Shown: in pieces, positions 16,329-24,973 of the stretch
Layout: every line of letters begins with the position of its first letter
Numbering within the stretch: position 1 is the stretch's first letter
IMG/VR virus record: IMGVR_UViG_3300020577_005397
Coordinates: 2,746-66,745 of that record
Reading direction: 5' to 3' (one strand)
Source of the DNA: a virus
Taxonomy: Duplodnaviria; Caudoviricetes
DNA length: 64,000 nt
Translations under genes and position numbers: made by a program
The notes under the pieces: model-generated
Told to the model about the DNA's origin: nothing
The model's database searches: none
Seen by the model: only the letters and a program-made list of their open reading frames with translations

Positions 16329-16495
16329 ACAAGAAGCTGCTGGACGAGTACATGGAGAAGCTGGAAGCCCTGAGCGACAAGGACACCGAACGGTGGCACG
16401 AGGCCGCCGACGAGGTGCTGTGCGATCTGCTTCGCAAGCTGGGCTACGGCCCGCTGGTGGACAAGTACGAGGCCGAAGCAAGGTGGTTCGGATGA
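16325..16495 (+). CDS. Small phage protein (DTERWHEAADEVLCDLLRKLGY type; below the track cutoff)
   Basis: Hand translation; overlapping start and stop on both sides. Confidence 0.7.
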   Translation: MNKKLLDEYMEKLEALSDKDTERWHEAADEVLCDLLRKLGYGPLVDKYEAEARWFG

Positions 16496-16607
16496 ACGAA
16501 GACAAGCTGATCCGTTACGCATTCTATGCGATGGGCTTTATCGCCGGGGTGGCCCTGGCGATGGCTATCGCTCGATTTCTGTGAGGCAACTAGAAAGGAC
16601 AACCGTA

Positions 16608-16928
16608 ATGAACGACACCATCAACCATCTCAATCAGGTCTCGAAGGAAGAGACCGCCCGCATGTTCTCGTCAGTCGAGGGCATCCCGTTCAGCACCGCC
16701 GAGGAGCAGAACGACGCCATGTTCGCGGCGGTGGACGGTGTTCTGACCAACGCCTCCCGGCTCATGGCCTTCGGCGCGAAGCTCGAAGACATGCCGGTCA
16801 TGCAGCTCGGCGCTCTTCTGCACGCGCTCGTCGCGCTGACCAAGGACGGCGACTACCAGACGCTACGTGCCGTGGGCGAGATCGTGCAGCGGGGCCTGAT
16901 CTACAACCTCTCGAAACAGCCGCACTGA
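16608..16928 (+). CDS. Hypothetical helical protein
   Basis: AAAGGA SD. Confidence 0.7.
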   Translation: MNDTINHLNQVSKEETARMFSSVEGIPFSTAEEQNDAMFAAVDGVLTNASRLMAFGAKLEDMPVMQLGALLHALVALTKDGDYQTLRAVGEIVQRGLIYNLSKQPH

Positions 16929-16962
16929 TCGGCACAGTCCACAACTTCATAGGGAAAAGCGA

Positions 16963-16986
16963 AGGCCCCCTCGATCGAGGGGGCCT
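16963..16986. terminator. Hairpin terminator between convergent units
   Basis: AGGCCCCCTC-GATC-GAGGGGGCCT; same arms as 38053-38082. Confidence 0.7.
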
Positions 16987-16988
16987 AT

Positions 16989-17279
16989 CTATTCGTCTCT
17001 ACAGATCCACAGGATCTGCTCCTCCACATCATCCTCGATCTGCCAGCCGGTTACTGTGTCGCCCCACAGTGGGTGCTCGCCCATGTCCTCTGGGGAGATG
17101 AAGTACCCGCATTCATAAAAACCATCGGGGCCACCGTAACTGTGTGGCCCCTGAATGATCGACAGCATCCGACCGTCACTGAAATGTACCTGCAAGTGAA
17201 AGGTGGGCTCAATCACGTACCCGCTTGCCGTCACCACTTGTTTCTCTACCTGAGCCTCCACCCGAGTGATGGTCGGCAT
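16989..17279 (-). CDS. Hypothetical protein (HSYGGPDGFYE type)
   Basis: Plausible composition; last gene of the minus unit. Confidence 0.7.
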   Translation of the reverse strand: MPTITRVEAQVEKQVVTASGYVIEPTFHLQVHFSDGRMLSIIQGPHSYGGPDGFYECGYFISPEDMGEHPLWGDTVTGWQIEDDVEEQILWICRDE

Positions 17280-17433
17280 GTTGCCCCCTTACTAAGACCT
17301 CCGTGAGATCTTGCGCTCGATGTCAATCAGCCTCCAGGCCAGGAGCGCACACCACATGGCGGCTCTATCCGCGCCCGTAAAGCTAACCATCAGCTCCACC
17401 ACCAGCGCCGCGATGACCACGAATGTGATGTTG

Positions 17434-17628
17434 TCATACATCTCGCTTGACCTCCCAGCCCCCAGCGTGCAGGCTCTGAATGAGGTGCGAGGTCTCCTCC
17501 AGGATGGTCGATGGGCTCCCCGGAGAGCGCCCCAGGGCCTTGAGGCCGTCGATATCCTCCTGGGTGAGGCCGTGCTCCAACAGCACGGCCTCGTGGTCAG
17601 TTCGCAGCGGGAAAGTTTGTGGGGTCAT
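17434..17628 (-). CDS. Small hypothetical protein
   Basis: Start overlaps the vWA gene stop. Confidence 0.6.
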   Translation of the reverse strand: MTPQTFPLRTDHEAVLLEHGLTQEDIDGLKALGRSPGSPSTILEETSHLIQSLHAGGWEVKRDV

Positions 17629-18848
17629 CAGTCAGTCTCCATGACAATCGACTCGCCAAAGCCCTCTCGGATCGGGCTGTGGTCGGGCCACAGAATCCAG
17701 AACATCGGGATCGCACACGGGTAGTCGGGATAGTAGCCCTGACCGTCCGTGAAGTAGAACGCAGCCTGATAGGTGCCCGACTGCTGCTGGTTGATCCACT
17801 CAATGGCCGGGCCGAAGTGCGTGCCGCCCCGCCCAACCACTTCTGGCAGCGGGTCGCCCGGCTGCATGTTCGTGATCGAGTGAATGCGAGCGTCGGCCAT
17901 GATGATGGTGGCCTCAGCGTTCAGCTCTTCGAGCAGGCCCTGCACGAATTGCAGGAACATGGCTACCATCTCATCGTCCACCGAGCCCGACGTATCCACG
18001 ACGATGACGATCTTGTCCTCCTCGTCGTAGTTCTCCAAGTACAGGCCCTGGTACAGAAAGCGCCGATCCGGGATGCTCGTGCCGATCTGCATCCGCATCC
18101 AGGAAGCCATTCCCGCCATCCAGGTCTTTCGGATCTTGCCGAGGATGCGAGCGCGGCGTTCCTGGATGTTCCGCAGGATCGCCATCGGCTCAGTGCCCGG
18201 CAACTTGCCCGCCATGTCGGTCACGTTCTCGCTGTCATTGGCGTTGCGCTGGGCCTGAGCCTGAGACTCTTTGCTGAAGCCAGGGGCGGGCTTGTTACCC
18301 TTCTGGCCTTGTCCCTGACCCTGGCCTTGACCCTGCCCGTCGCCGGGCTGATCGAAGCCCTTGCCCCGTGCATCCACCATGCCGCCCAGCCCGAGGCCCT
18401 GACCCTCCCCCTCGCCGCCCTGGGGCTGCTGATCGGGATCGTCGGGGAGACGGTCATAGACCTCCTCCACCGACAGGTTCTCAAGGCTCTCGTCCACCAC
18501 CGACCCCTCGGGCAACGACAGCCCGATGGGTTCCAGCTCGCGGCGCAGATACCCGTTCGTCACGATGTCGGCAGCGGTGTGCCATTTCTTGGCATCCCGG
18601 TTCTCCTGACGCTGCACATGCAGGTAGGCGATGTGATGCAGCTCGTGAGCCAGTCCGATCATGCGCGTGTTCTCGTCCAGCGCCTCGAACTTCTTTCGGT
18701 TCACCTTCACCGTGCCACCGTCAGTCAACAGCGCCTCTTCGATGCTGTTGTCTGTCGTGTAGTTCGTGACCGACGCAAAGCGAGCCAGATACGGGAACGC
18801 TTGCACGGCCTCTTCGTGAGCCTGTCGCACTGCATCTTTCTTCAGCAT
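17628..18848 (-). CDS. HEXXH metallopeptidase-like plus vWA domain protein
   Basis: AHELHH; G/Q-rich linker; MIDAS VVDTSGSV and GRGGTHF, FYFTDG. Confidence 0.88.
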   Translation of the reverse strand: MLKKDAVRQAHEEAVQAFPYLARFASVTNYTTDNSIEEALLTDGGTVKVNRKKFEALDENTRMIGLAHELHHIAYLHVQRQENRDAKKWHTAADIVTNGYLRRELEPIGLSLPEGSVVDESLENLSVEEVYDRLPDDPDQQPQGGEGEGQGLGLGGMVDARGKGFDQPGDGQGQGQGQGQGQKGNKPAPGFSKESQAQAQRNANDSENVTDMAGKLPGTEPMAILRNIQERRARILGKIRKTWMAGMASWMRMQIGTSIPDRRFLYQGLYLENYDEEDKIVIVVDTSGSVDDEMVAMFLQFVQGLLEELNAEATIIMADARIHSITNMQPGDPLPEVVGRGGTHFGPAIEWINQQQSGTYQAAFYFTDGQGYYPDYPCAIPMFWILWPDHSPIREGFGESIVMETD

Positions 18849-18849
18849 G

Positions 18850-19929
18850 TTACGCCTGTTCCTGGATGAGCTTCCGGGCCTTCGCCACGGTCGCGTCGAA
18901 ATCCGCCTGATTGCCCTGGACCGTGACCTTGCTGGTCGAGCCCGTCGAGACCAGCAGCCACGCCGTGTTGGCCGCGTCCTGCTGTGCGATCTTCACCGGT
19001 TCGTTGTTCTTGAGCCGGTCGAGCACGTCCTTCATGCGATCCACGAAGACCTTGAACATCTCGGCCTGATCCTGACCGATGGCCGGAGCCACGGGGCAAC
19101 CGAGTTCATAGAGCTTCGCAGCGAGTTCCCACGAACGCGGCGTCGGGAACTTCTCCTCACCCTTGGCGGGCATGATGAGGAGCGGGCTCTTGTCGTCCTT
19201 CTTCGTGGTGCGGGTCGCCATCACGTAGGCGAGCACCATCGGGCTTCCGAGGTGGGACTGAGCCCAGACACCCCACTCGTCGATGTCGAGCACCACGTCG
19301 AGGTGGATCATCCGGTTCGCCACAGGCGACGGCATCGCATTGACCGAAGCCCCGTGCTCGCGCCGGTTGCCAGCGGCCCAGATGAACCAGCCAGCGGGAA
19401 CCACGTAATCCCCGACCTTGCGATCCAGGATGAGCTGCTGGGCGATGCCCTGAAGGGCGGCACCGGCCTGATTGAACTCATCGAGGAACAGGATGCCCCT
19501 CCCGTCATGGGGATAGTGGGCCGGAGCGTTCCAGCGCGTGAGTCCGTTCTCGACGGACGGCACGCCACGGATGTCGGTCGGGGCGAGCTGGCCCAGGCGC
19601 AGGTCAATGCACCCAATGCCATATCGCTCCGCCAGCCCGCGCACGATGGACGACTTCCCGATGCCCGGTTCGCCCCAGATCATCACCGTGCCCATGAACT
19701 CCTTCTCGATGAACTCGTTGAGGATCTGTTCGAGCTGGCCCGGAGTGAATTTCGTCTGGGCGAGGTTCACGGTCCTACCCACGACGGCGCGGCTCAGGAT
19801 CTGAGCGCCGCGAGTCTGGGCGAGGTTGACCACGCGGCCAACCAGACCGTGATAGTTCGAAGGGACACCTGCCGTGTTCACCGGAGCCTGCGGGTTCTCG
19901 GCGTTCCAGAGCATAAGCGAATCAGCCAT
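18850..19929 (-). CDS. MoxR-like AAA+ ATPase
   Basis: GEPGIGKS, ILFLDEFN, AAGNR, sensor TPRSW; adjacent to the vWA gene. Confidence 0.9.
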   Translation of the reverse strand: MADSLMLWNAENPQAPVNTAGVPSNYHGLVGRVVNLAQTRGAQILSRAVVGRTVNLAQTKFTPGQLEQILNEFIEKEFMGTVMIWGEPGIGKSSIVRGLAERYGIGCIDLRLGQLAPTDIRGVPSVENGLTRWNAPAHYPHDGRGILFLDEFNQAGAALQGIAQQLILDRKVGDYVVPAGWFIWAAGNRREHGASVNAMPSPVANRMIHLDVVLDIDEWGVWAQSHLGSPMVLAYVMATRTTKKDDKSPLLIMPAKGEEKFPTPRSWELAAKLYELGCPVAPAIGQDQAEMFKVFVDRMKDVLDRLKNNEPVKIAQQDAANTAWLLVSTGSTSKVTVQGNQADFDATVAKARKLIQEQA

Positions 19930-19968
19930 GTTTCATCTCCTAGAAAAAGGTTGCTAACAACTTGAGGA

Positions 19969-19997
19969 ATGTTATTCGCTTTTGGGTGAACTGTCAA
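19969..19997 (-). promoter_or_regulatory. Sigma70-like promoter of the MoxR/vWA operon
   Basis: TTGACA-17-TAACAT. Confidence 0.7.
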
Positions 19998-20355
19998 GGG
20001 GCAAATATCGTTGCCAGGGAAGACTCTGCTTGAGCCCCGGAAATTCCCCGTTTTCGATGCGCTCATGGCACGCCCGATGGACCAAGATCACGTTGTCGGG
20101 GTCGAAGAGGGTTTCCCTTCCGACCCAGCGGGGGACAATCTCATGTAGGTCGCCATTCGGTATGTGCCCACCAGATACGAGGCCAGGGCTGCTGCCGAGG
20201 GCCAGATGGCAGACGACACATCGGCCAGATTGTCGAGTGTATAGCTGCCTTCGTAGTTCCAGCCGAGCATCATTCTCTTCCGGCGAATATCGCGCTCGTG
20301 TCTTTCGATGATGTTTTCGAGGTAGCGATGTCGCCTGTACCACGTATTTCCCCAT
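19972..20355 (-). CDS. HNH endonuclease
   Basis: CVVC, DLHE, DPDN, HRACH; GGAG SD. Confidence 0.75.
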   Translation of the reverse strand: MGKYVVQATSLPRKHHRKTRARYSPEENDARLELRRQLYTRQSGRCVVCHLALGSSPGLVSGGHIPNGDLHEIVPRWVGRETLFDPDNVILVHRACHERIENGEFPGLKQSLPWQRYLPLDSSPKSE

Positions 20356-20585
20356 TTGTCTCCATTCTGAAGGCGCTCCCCTCGGCGCAGTTCTGCGGCG
20401 CGATAGCGAGCGCGTTCTTCGTTACGTTCCCGGTAACGGGCCATGTGGCGCGTTTCCTTGGGAATGGATTCCTCAATAGAAGCCACCGCCTTCAGATAGC
20501 TATCTGAGACTTCGGCCTTGTGTGTTTTGCGCGGCTCCCGCTTTGACTTGGAGCGCGGGTCTCGATGAGCGGACGATCTCCGCAT
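20088..20585 (-). CDS. Arg-rich hypothetical protein overlapping the HNH gene
   Basis: GGAGG SD directly after a promoter. Confidence 0.5.
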   Translation of the reverse strand: MRRSSAHRDPRSKSKREPRKTHKAEVSDSYLKAVASIEESIPKETRHMARYRERNEERARYRAAELRRGERLQNGDKWGNTWYRRHRYLENIIERHERDIRRKRMMLGWNYEGSYTLDNLADVSSAIWPSAAALASYLVGTYRMATYMRLSPAGSEGKPSSTPTT

Positions 20586-20595
20586 GTGTTCCTCC

Positions 20596-20636
20596 AGAAT
20601 AAGGGGCTTGACAAGATCTGTCAAGCGTTATAGACT
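20596..20636. promoter_or_regulatory. Back-to-back bidirectional promoter with interlocked -35 boxes
   Basis: TTGACA-AGATC-TGTCAA; plus TTGACA-17-TAGACT, minus TTGACA-17-TATTCT. Confidence 0.75.
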
Positions 20637-20643
20637 TCCTGCT

Positions 20644-20964
20644 ATGACTACCCAAGAGCAACCTTTCTGCCTGATGTACTTCGACCGTTCACTTGGACCC
20701 GAATCGGGTCGGCATGTCTTCTGCCTTCAGCGAGGAACCCAGTGGCTGGAGGACGGCCCCGACGAGAAAGTCCCCGAGCGCCTGTACGAGCTGTTTTTCT
20801 ATACAGACAGAAAGACGGGCGAGCCCATGCTGATGTGGACCGACTGCACCAGCAGGGACGAGACGAGTGTGGGCGAGTGCCCGGCCTCCAGTGATGAGGC
20901 GTGGGAGAAGATCGACCGACTGGGCGAACTCATGCGCGAGGTGGCAAATGGACACTCTGCCTAA
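20644..20964 (+). CDS. Small early protein, leaderless
   Basis: ATG 7 nt after the -10. Confidence 0.7.
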   Translation: MTTQEQPFCLMYFDRSLGPESGRHVFCLQRGTQWLEDGPDEKVPERLYELFFYTDRKTGEPMLMWTDCTSRDETSVGECPASSDEAWEKIDRLGELMREVANGHSA

Positions 20965-21274
20965 CATCAACGCGATGCTGATGTACTATCCCGAGACGGA
21001 TCAGACTCACTTCTGTCTGCTCTTCCATTGGGAGATCTTCGATTCGGAGACTCGCAACAGCCAGCTCTACCGATCCGTGGCGATGGCCCGCTGCGACTAT
21101 GACGGTGGCTGGAAGCTGCGGGTCGTGAACCGCCTCGGCGGCATCCGCACCTACAGCACAACGGGATTTGCGGAAGCCGAGGAAGAATTTTGGCTAGTTG
21201 TTCAGGCCATCCTGAATGGACACCGGATCGTCCTCCGGGTTGGGCCGGAGTGCCAGAATGGATGGAGACCATGA
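20948..21274 (+). CDS. Small Trp-rich protein
   Basis: GAGG SD, overlaps neighbours. Confidence 0.7.
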   Translation: MDTLPNINAMLMYYPETDQTHFCLLFHWEIFDSETRNSQLYRSVAMARCDYDGGWKLRVVNRLGGIRTYSTTGFAEAEEEFWLVVQAILNGHRIVLRVGPECQNGWRP

Positions 21275-21591
21275 GCGCATTCGTCATCCGACGAGTGATG
21301 TGGACCCAGGATAAGCGCATGGCCTGCTGGGACTCGGCGCGCACAGAGAACGCTCTGGAGATCCTGGTCGATGCCCCTAACGGCAAACAAGTGTATGCCT
21401 ATGTGTTCTACGCGGGTATAGGCAAAGGGGACCACTACATCTGGACCCTCTGGACCTACTCGGGCTACCTCTTTCCGGGGTCTGCCTTCGCGGAGTGGGC
21501 ATGGGTGAAGGATCGTCCCGAGGAACTCTCAACAGCCCTGGGCTTGTGGCTGAGTTGGCTGGAGAATGAATATGCGTCTAAGTACCATTGA
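21271..21591 (+). CDS. Trp-rich paralog array member
   Basis: APNG..YAYVF..WTLWT..LSTALGLWLSW. Confidence 0.75.
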   Translation: MSAFVIRRVMWTQDKRMACWDSARTENALEILVDAPNGKQVYAYVFYAGIGKGDHYIWTLWTYSGYLFPGSAFAEWAWVKDRPEELSTALGLWLSWLENEYASKYH

Positions 21592-21886
21592 GTACGTTCA
21601 CGAGCGCCGCATTGAGAAGGTCATGTGGCTCGTGGACGTGGCTATCCCGAATCTCGAAAAGCGAACGGACTGCCTGTACATCGAGTTCACGGCCCCCGAG
21701 GGGATGACGCGCTGCTGGGTATTCCATGACGAGCGCCAATACTGCCTATGGACCGACGAAGAAGTTTACCGGCCCAGCGATGGACGGCGGATCTCGTCCT
21801 GGATTCACGAGGAGGAACCTATCGACCTATGGGATAGCCTCGTGACCTGGATGGAGCAGTATCCGAAGATCAGCGCGAGGAAATGA
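21572..21886 (+). CDS. Trp-rich paralog array member
   Basis: APEG..CWVF..YCLWTDE..LWDSLVTWME. Confidence 0.75.
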   Translation: MRLSTIEYVHERRIEKVMWLVDVAIPNLEKRTDCLYIEFTAPEGMTRCWVFHDERQYCLWTDEEVYRPSDGRRISSWIHEEEPIDLWDSLVTWMEQYPKISARK

Positions 21887-22164
21887 GCAAAGTGCCTAGC
21901 AACATATCAGCAATACTCTGGATAGAGGATATGACTATTCCCGCCGTGGAAAATCCACGAGCGGGTCTCTACGTTCGTGTGGAGACGCCTAAAGGTAATT
22001 GCCATGCCTGGGTTTTTCCGGCTCTTTCAAAACCGTATCTGTTCTGCATCTGGACAGATGAGCAGTGCCTGTACCCCCTCAATCCGATCAGTACCTGGGC
22101 TACAGTAGAAACCGAGGAAGGTCTGTCCATTGCCCTGGAAGAGTGGCTGGAGTATCTGGAATGA
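21883..22164 (+). CDS. Trp-rich paralog array member
   Basis: TPKG..AWVF..FCIWTDE..LSIALEEWLE. Confidence 0.75.
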   Translation: MSKVPSNISAILWIEDMTIPAVENPRAGLYVRVETPKGNCHAWVFPALSKPYLFCIWTDEQCLYPLNPISTWATVETEEGLSIALEEWLEYLE

Positions 22165-22436
22165 TTCTTCAAGTCGAGTGGCGCGAGAAGGAACGCATTC
22201 CTACAGTCGGATACCGATGCTACGATTGCGTCTACGTGGTCGCCCAGGGTCCTCATGTTCCCAAGGCCGAGGCGTGGATCTTCGATGACGGGGATGGAGA
22301 GGGGAACTGCCCTCTCTCCCTGTTCGTGAGGGATTCACGCGACCCTTCGCAGGCGTACTACTGGAACATCGGGGATACCTGGGAACAGATCGTGGTGAGC
22401 CTCACGATTTGGTTGAAGATCATCGAGGAGATGTGA
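22161..22436 (+). CDS. Trp-rich paralog array member
   Basis: AEAWIF..IVVSLTIWLK. Confidence 0.7.
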   Translation: MILQVEWREKERIPTVGYRCYDCVYVVAQGPHVPKAEAWIFDDGDGEGNCPLSLFVRDSRDPSQAYYWNIGDTWEQIVVSLTIWLKIIEEM

Positions 22437-22437
22437 C

Positions 22438-22764
22438 ATGGGGCATTACCAACTGCACCAGCTCGAATGGGTTCCCCCAGACCAGGGAGGACTCTTTTTC
22501 ACCACAACCAAGGGAGAATGGTTCCTGGCGATGCTCTTCACAACGCCGGACAGAATCGCTCCAGGACGCTGGATGATCGTGGAGCAGATTCACAATGGGG
22601 GATTTGTCGTGAGCTGCCAACCCGTAGGAAGGGGAAATTCATTCTCGTACATGATGGGAAACCCCCTATACTACAAGAGCGCAGACGGAGTGATGGGGTG
22701 GATCGAGAACACCCTGGACGAGTACGACAGGTGGATCGAGAAAGCCGGGAGGGTTGATTCATGA
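22438..22764 (+). CDS. Small Trp-rich protein in the array
   Basis: GAGGAG SD, coupled. Confidence 0.7.
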   Translation: MGHYQLHQLEWVPPDQGGLFFTTTKGEWFLAMLFTTPDRIAPGRWMIVEQIHNGGFVVSCQPVGRGNSFSYMMGNPLYYKSADGVMGWIENTLDEYDRWIEKAGRVDS

Positions 22765-23015
22765 GCCTCGTTAACATCAGCTACGAAACCGAACGGTGGA
22801 TTCCGGGCTACTCAACGACTAAGAAGGACTGTGTAGACACCCTGGTGTTTGCCGTGAAGAATGGCAAAGGTTTCGCAAGGGCCTTTATCTTCGAGTTTGA
22901 GGGCGGGTGGATGCTGTGGATCAACTCCGAGGGAGGTCAAGGTGCCCTGGAGTATAACAAGGACTTGCGGCGGGTTGAGCGAGGTCTGATCCGTTGGCTC
23001 GAAGACCCGTTTTGA
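22761..23015 (+). CDS. Trp-rich paralog array member
   Basis: ARAFIF..GGWMLWI..VERGLIRWLE. Confidence 0.7.
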   Translation: MSLVNISYETERWIPGYSTTKKDCVDTLVFAVKNGKGFARAFIFEFEGGWMLWINSEGGQGALEYNKDLRRVERGLIRWLEDPF

Positions 23016-23024
23016 GGAGGGACT

Positions 23025-23315
23025 GTGAAACTAATGGCGGTAACTTACGAGACAAACAAGTCCCTGTGGGGGTATGATGCCTTCTACTTCGTGAGAGCCA
23101 AGAAGGAAACCCGCCACAAGGAACTGCTGTGCTTTGAAATCAGCGAAGAGGCAGGGGTTAGGAAGTTTGCGTGGCTCCTTTACCACAACGGGGGATGGCT
23201 TCTATGGGGACAGATTCCGCACAGGAATTGGTGTGGGCCTTTAGACTGGAGATCCACCGTAGATGCTTTGGAGCCCTGTCTGAGTGCGTTTATCTCCCTG
23301 CCTAGTCTACCCTGA
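23025..23315 (+). CDS. Trp-rich paralog array member
   Basis: GAGGAGG SD; KFAWLL..GGWLLWG; ISYET/VTYET start shared with the previous gene. Confidence 0.7.
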   Translation: MKLMAVTYETNKSLWGYDAFYFVRAKKETRHKELLCFEISEEAGVRKFAWLLYHNGGWLLWGQIPHRNWCGPLDWRSTVDALEPCLSAFISLPSLP

Positions 23316-23318
23316 GCC

Positions 23319-23362
23319 CCAGACACATTACTCCCTATGCAACTAGAGAGTAATGTGTCTGG
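23319..23362. terminator. Perfect 15-bp hairpin
   Basis: CCAGACACATTACTC/GAGTAATGTGTCTGG where the paralog operon meets the RNA 3' end. Confidence 0.6.
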
Positions 23363-23722
23363 AATCCTACTCTACCCTCGTCACTTAGCTCTTAGGCGTG
23401 ACGACGCCTTCCAGATCGAGTAGACGCAATGCCTCTAAGGCAAACTGAATCTACACGCACACAGGGGCTACGGGTCAACCCCACAACGTCAGGCTGAGGC
23501 TCCTCACCTCAACTGCCCAGGTCCGGCTTTACCAGCGAGGGTTGTACGCTCTCGCGTACCTAACTCACCTGACGTGTCTCCTCGATCCGAAGATCGACCG
23601 GGACGGTTATGCCTCTCCTGGCACTCGTCTGGGACACTACACCGTATATGCCACTGGCCGCATCTGGGAAGCCCAGATGTTGGGCTTCCTTATTGGGGCT
23701 GTTCAAACAGGGGAAAAGACAT
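23319..23722 (-). ncRNA. Candidate ~400-nt structured non-coding RNA
   Basis: Own promoter; C(UUCG)G and GAGA-tetraloop 6-bp hairpins; 8-bp long-range ACGTCAGG/CCTGACGT; terminal 15-bp hairpin; no credible ORF. Confidence 0.65.
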
Positions 23723-23728
23723 GTCATA

Positions 23729-23802
23729 AGCATAGCACACTTTTTAGGCTTGTCAAGGGTTTGTAGAAAGTCCTTGACAAACTTTGCAGAATGCTGTATA
23801 GT
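23729..23802. promoter_or_regulatory. Divergent sigma70-like promoter pair (ncRNA leftward, replication operon rightward)
   Basis: Minus TTGACA-16-TATGCT (23756-23729); plus TTGACA-17-TATAGT (23774-23802). Confidence 0.8.
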
Positions 23803-23859
23803 GTTCTGTACAACGTTAGTCCGGGGGATTTTCCCCGGCAACTCGAAAGGCAACGGAAG

Positions 23860-24561
23860 ATGGCATACGAATACTTCAACAGTTTGGCTGACTTGTCGGT
23901 GGTCGAAAAGGACGGCAAGACCCTGTACTCCTGGACGGTCATCAACAAACCTCGCGCCGGGGAGAAGAACGGACCCAAGGCCGACCCGCGTGCGGGCCAG
24001 AGCTTCGTGGCCGAGGTGAACCTGCCCGTCAAGCCCACGGCGGGAACGTGGAAGGTGAACTTCAGCATCAACACCGAGACCGGGGTCTACGAGGCCCGCG
24101 AGCTGACGCCGACCAACGTCCGCGCCAAGATTCGCTTCCTGGGTCTGCCGGATGTCGAGCGTGCGTTGGGCAAGGGCGAGAAGCCGGTGGCCCTGCGTGA
24201 GCCGAAGGTGGCCGAGATGGGCCGCTACATCATCGCCAAGATCGAGCTGGACAGCGGCCCGTGGGCTGGCCTGACGGCGACCTGCTTCCTCAACGCTGAG
24301 CCGATCCATCTGAGCACGTCGAACAAGGGCAAGTTCACCAGAGACTTTCTGCGCTACGGCCTGGGCCTGCCTGCGACCGCCGACATTGTGAAGCATCTGG
24401 CGGAGCTGCGTGGCATCGACGGCGAGAACGGAGTCGAGTGGGTCAAGGTTCACGAGATGTTGCTCCAGCACGGCAAGCGCGTTCAGGAGGGCTCGGCCAA
24501 GTCGGTCCGCGTCCTCATCAACGGCGTCGGCGCGGTGAGCGAGATCTACACCGAGGACTGA
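23860..24561 (+). CDS. First gene of the replication operon, possibly ssDNA-binding
   Basis: GAAAGG SD, strong codon bias, beta-rich; function inferred from position only. Confidence 0.6.
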   Translation: MAYEYFNSLADLSVVEKDGKTLYSWTVINKPRAGEKNGPKADPRAGQSFVAEVNLPVKPTAGTWKVNFSINTETGVYEARELTPTNVRAKIRFLGLPDVERALGKGEKPVALREPKVAEMGRYIIAKIELDSGPWAGLTATCFLNAEPIHLSTSNKGKFTRDFLRYGLGLPATADIVKHLAELRGIDGENGVEWVKVHEMLLQHGKRVQEGSAKSVRVLINGVGAVSEIYTED

Positions 24562-24562
24562 C

Positions 24563-24775
24563 ATGGCGAAGAAACCCGCTCCCAAGCTGACACATGTGTG
24601 GAAGGTGACGTACAAGGTTGGCTGGATGCAGCAGGGCGAGGAGACGGTGGATCTCGTCGCCTATGACGTTCCAGAGCTGCTGGAACGTTGGAAAAAGCAC
24701 GTCGCCCGCTCTCTCAAATACACCCCCTCGCCCGTCATCGTCAAGCTGGAGCGGGGCCAAGAGGTGTACGCATGA
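24563..24775 (+). CDS. Small hypothetical protein
   Basis: GAGGA SD, coupled. Confidence 0.7.
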   Translation: MAKKPAPKLTHVWKVTYKVGWMQQGEETVDLVAYDVPELLERWKKHVARSLKYTPSPVIVKLERGQEVYA

Positions 24776-24966
24776 AGATCACACTGGAGGCGACTGTCAT
24801 CGCCCTGTTGATTGTGCTGGGCATCCTCCTGGCTCTCGGGCTCATGAACGAGCCTCTAGTGGCGACCGGACAGACCGGCCCCATCACTCCGGTGGTGGGG
24901 ACGGCTGTCTGCGCCGGGTATGGCTGCTCAACACCGAGGGCATGGTTGCCCTCGATTATGCGCTGA
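24772..24966 (+). CDS. Small membrane-anchored protein
   Basis: GAGG SD, N-terminal TM segment. Confidence 0.6.
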   Translation: MKITLEATVIALLIVLGILLALGLMNEPLVATGQTGPITPVVGTAVCAGYGCSTPRAWLPSIMR

Positions 24967-24973
24967 GGTCACA

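Noticed and set aside
17619-19965. Long plus-strand ORFs 17619..18869 and 18847..19965
   Set aside because: Antisense shadows of the vWA and MoxR genes caused by high-GC codon bias
23319-23766. Group I/II intron, RNase P RNA, or coding by ORFs 23542..23766 and 23560..24615
   Set aside because: No domain V, P7 or GAGGAAAGUCC signatures seen; the ORFs lack SDs and the long one is antisense to a real gene
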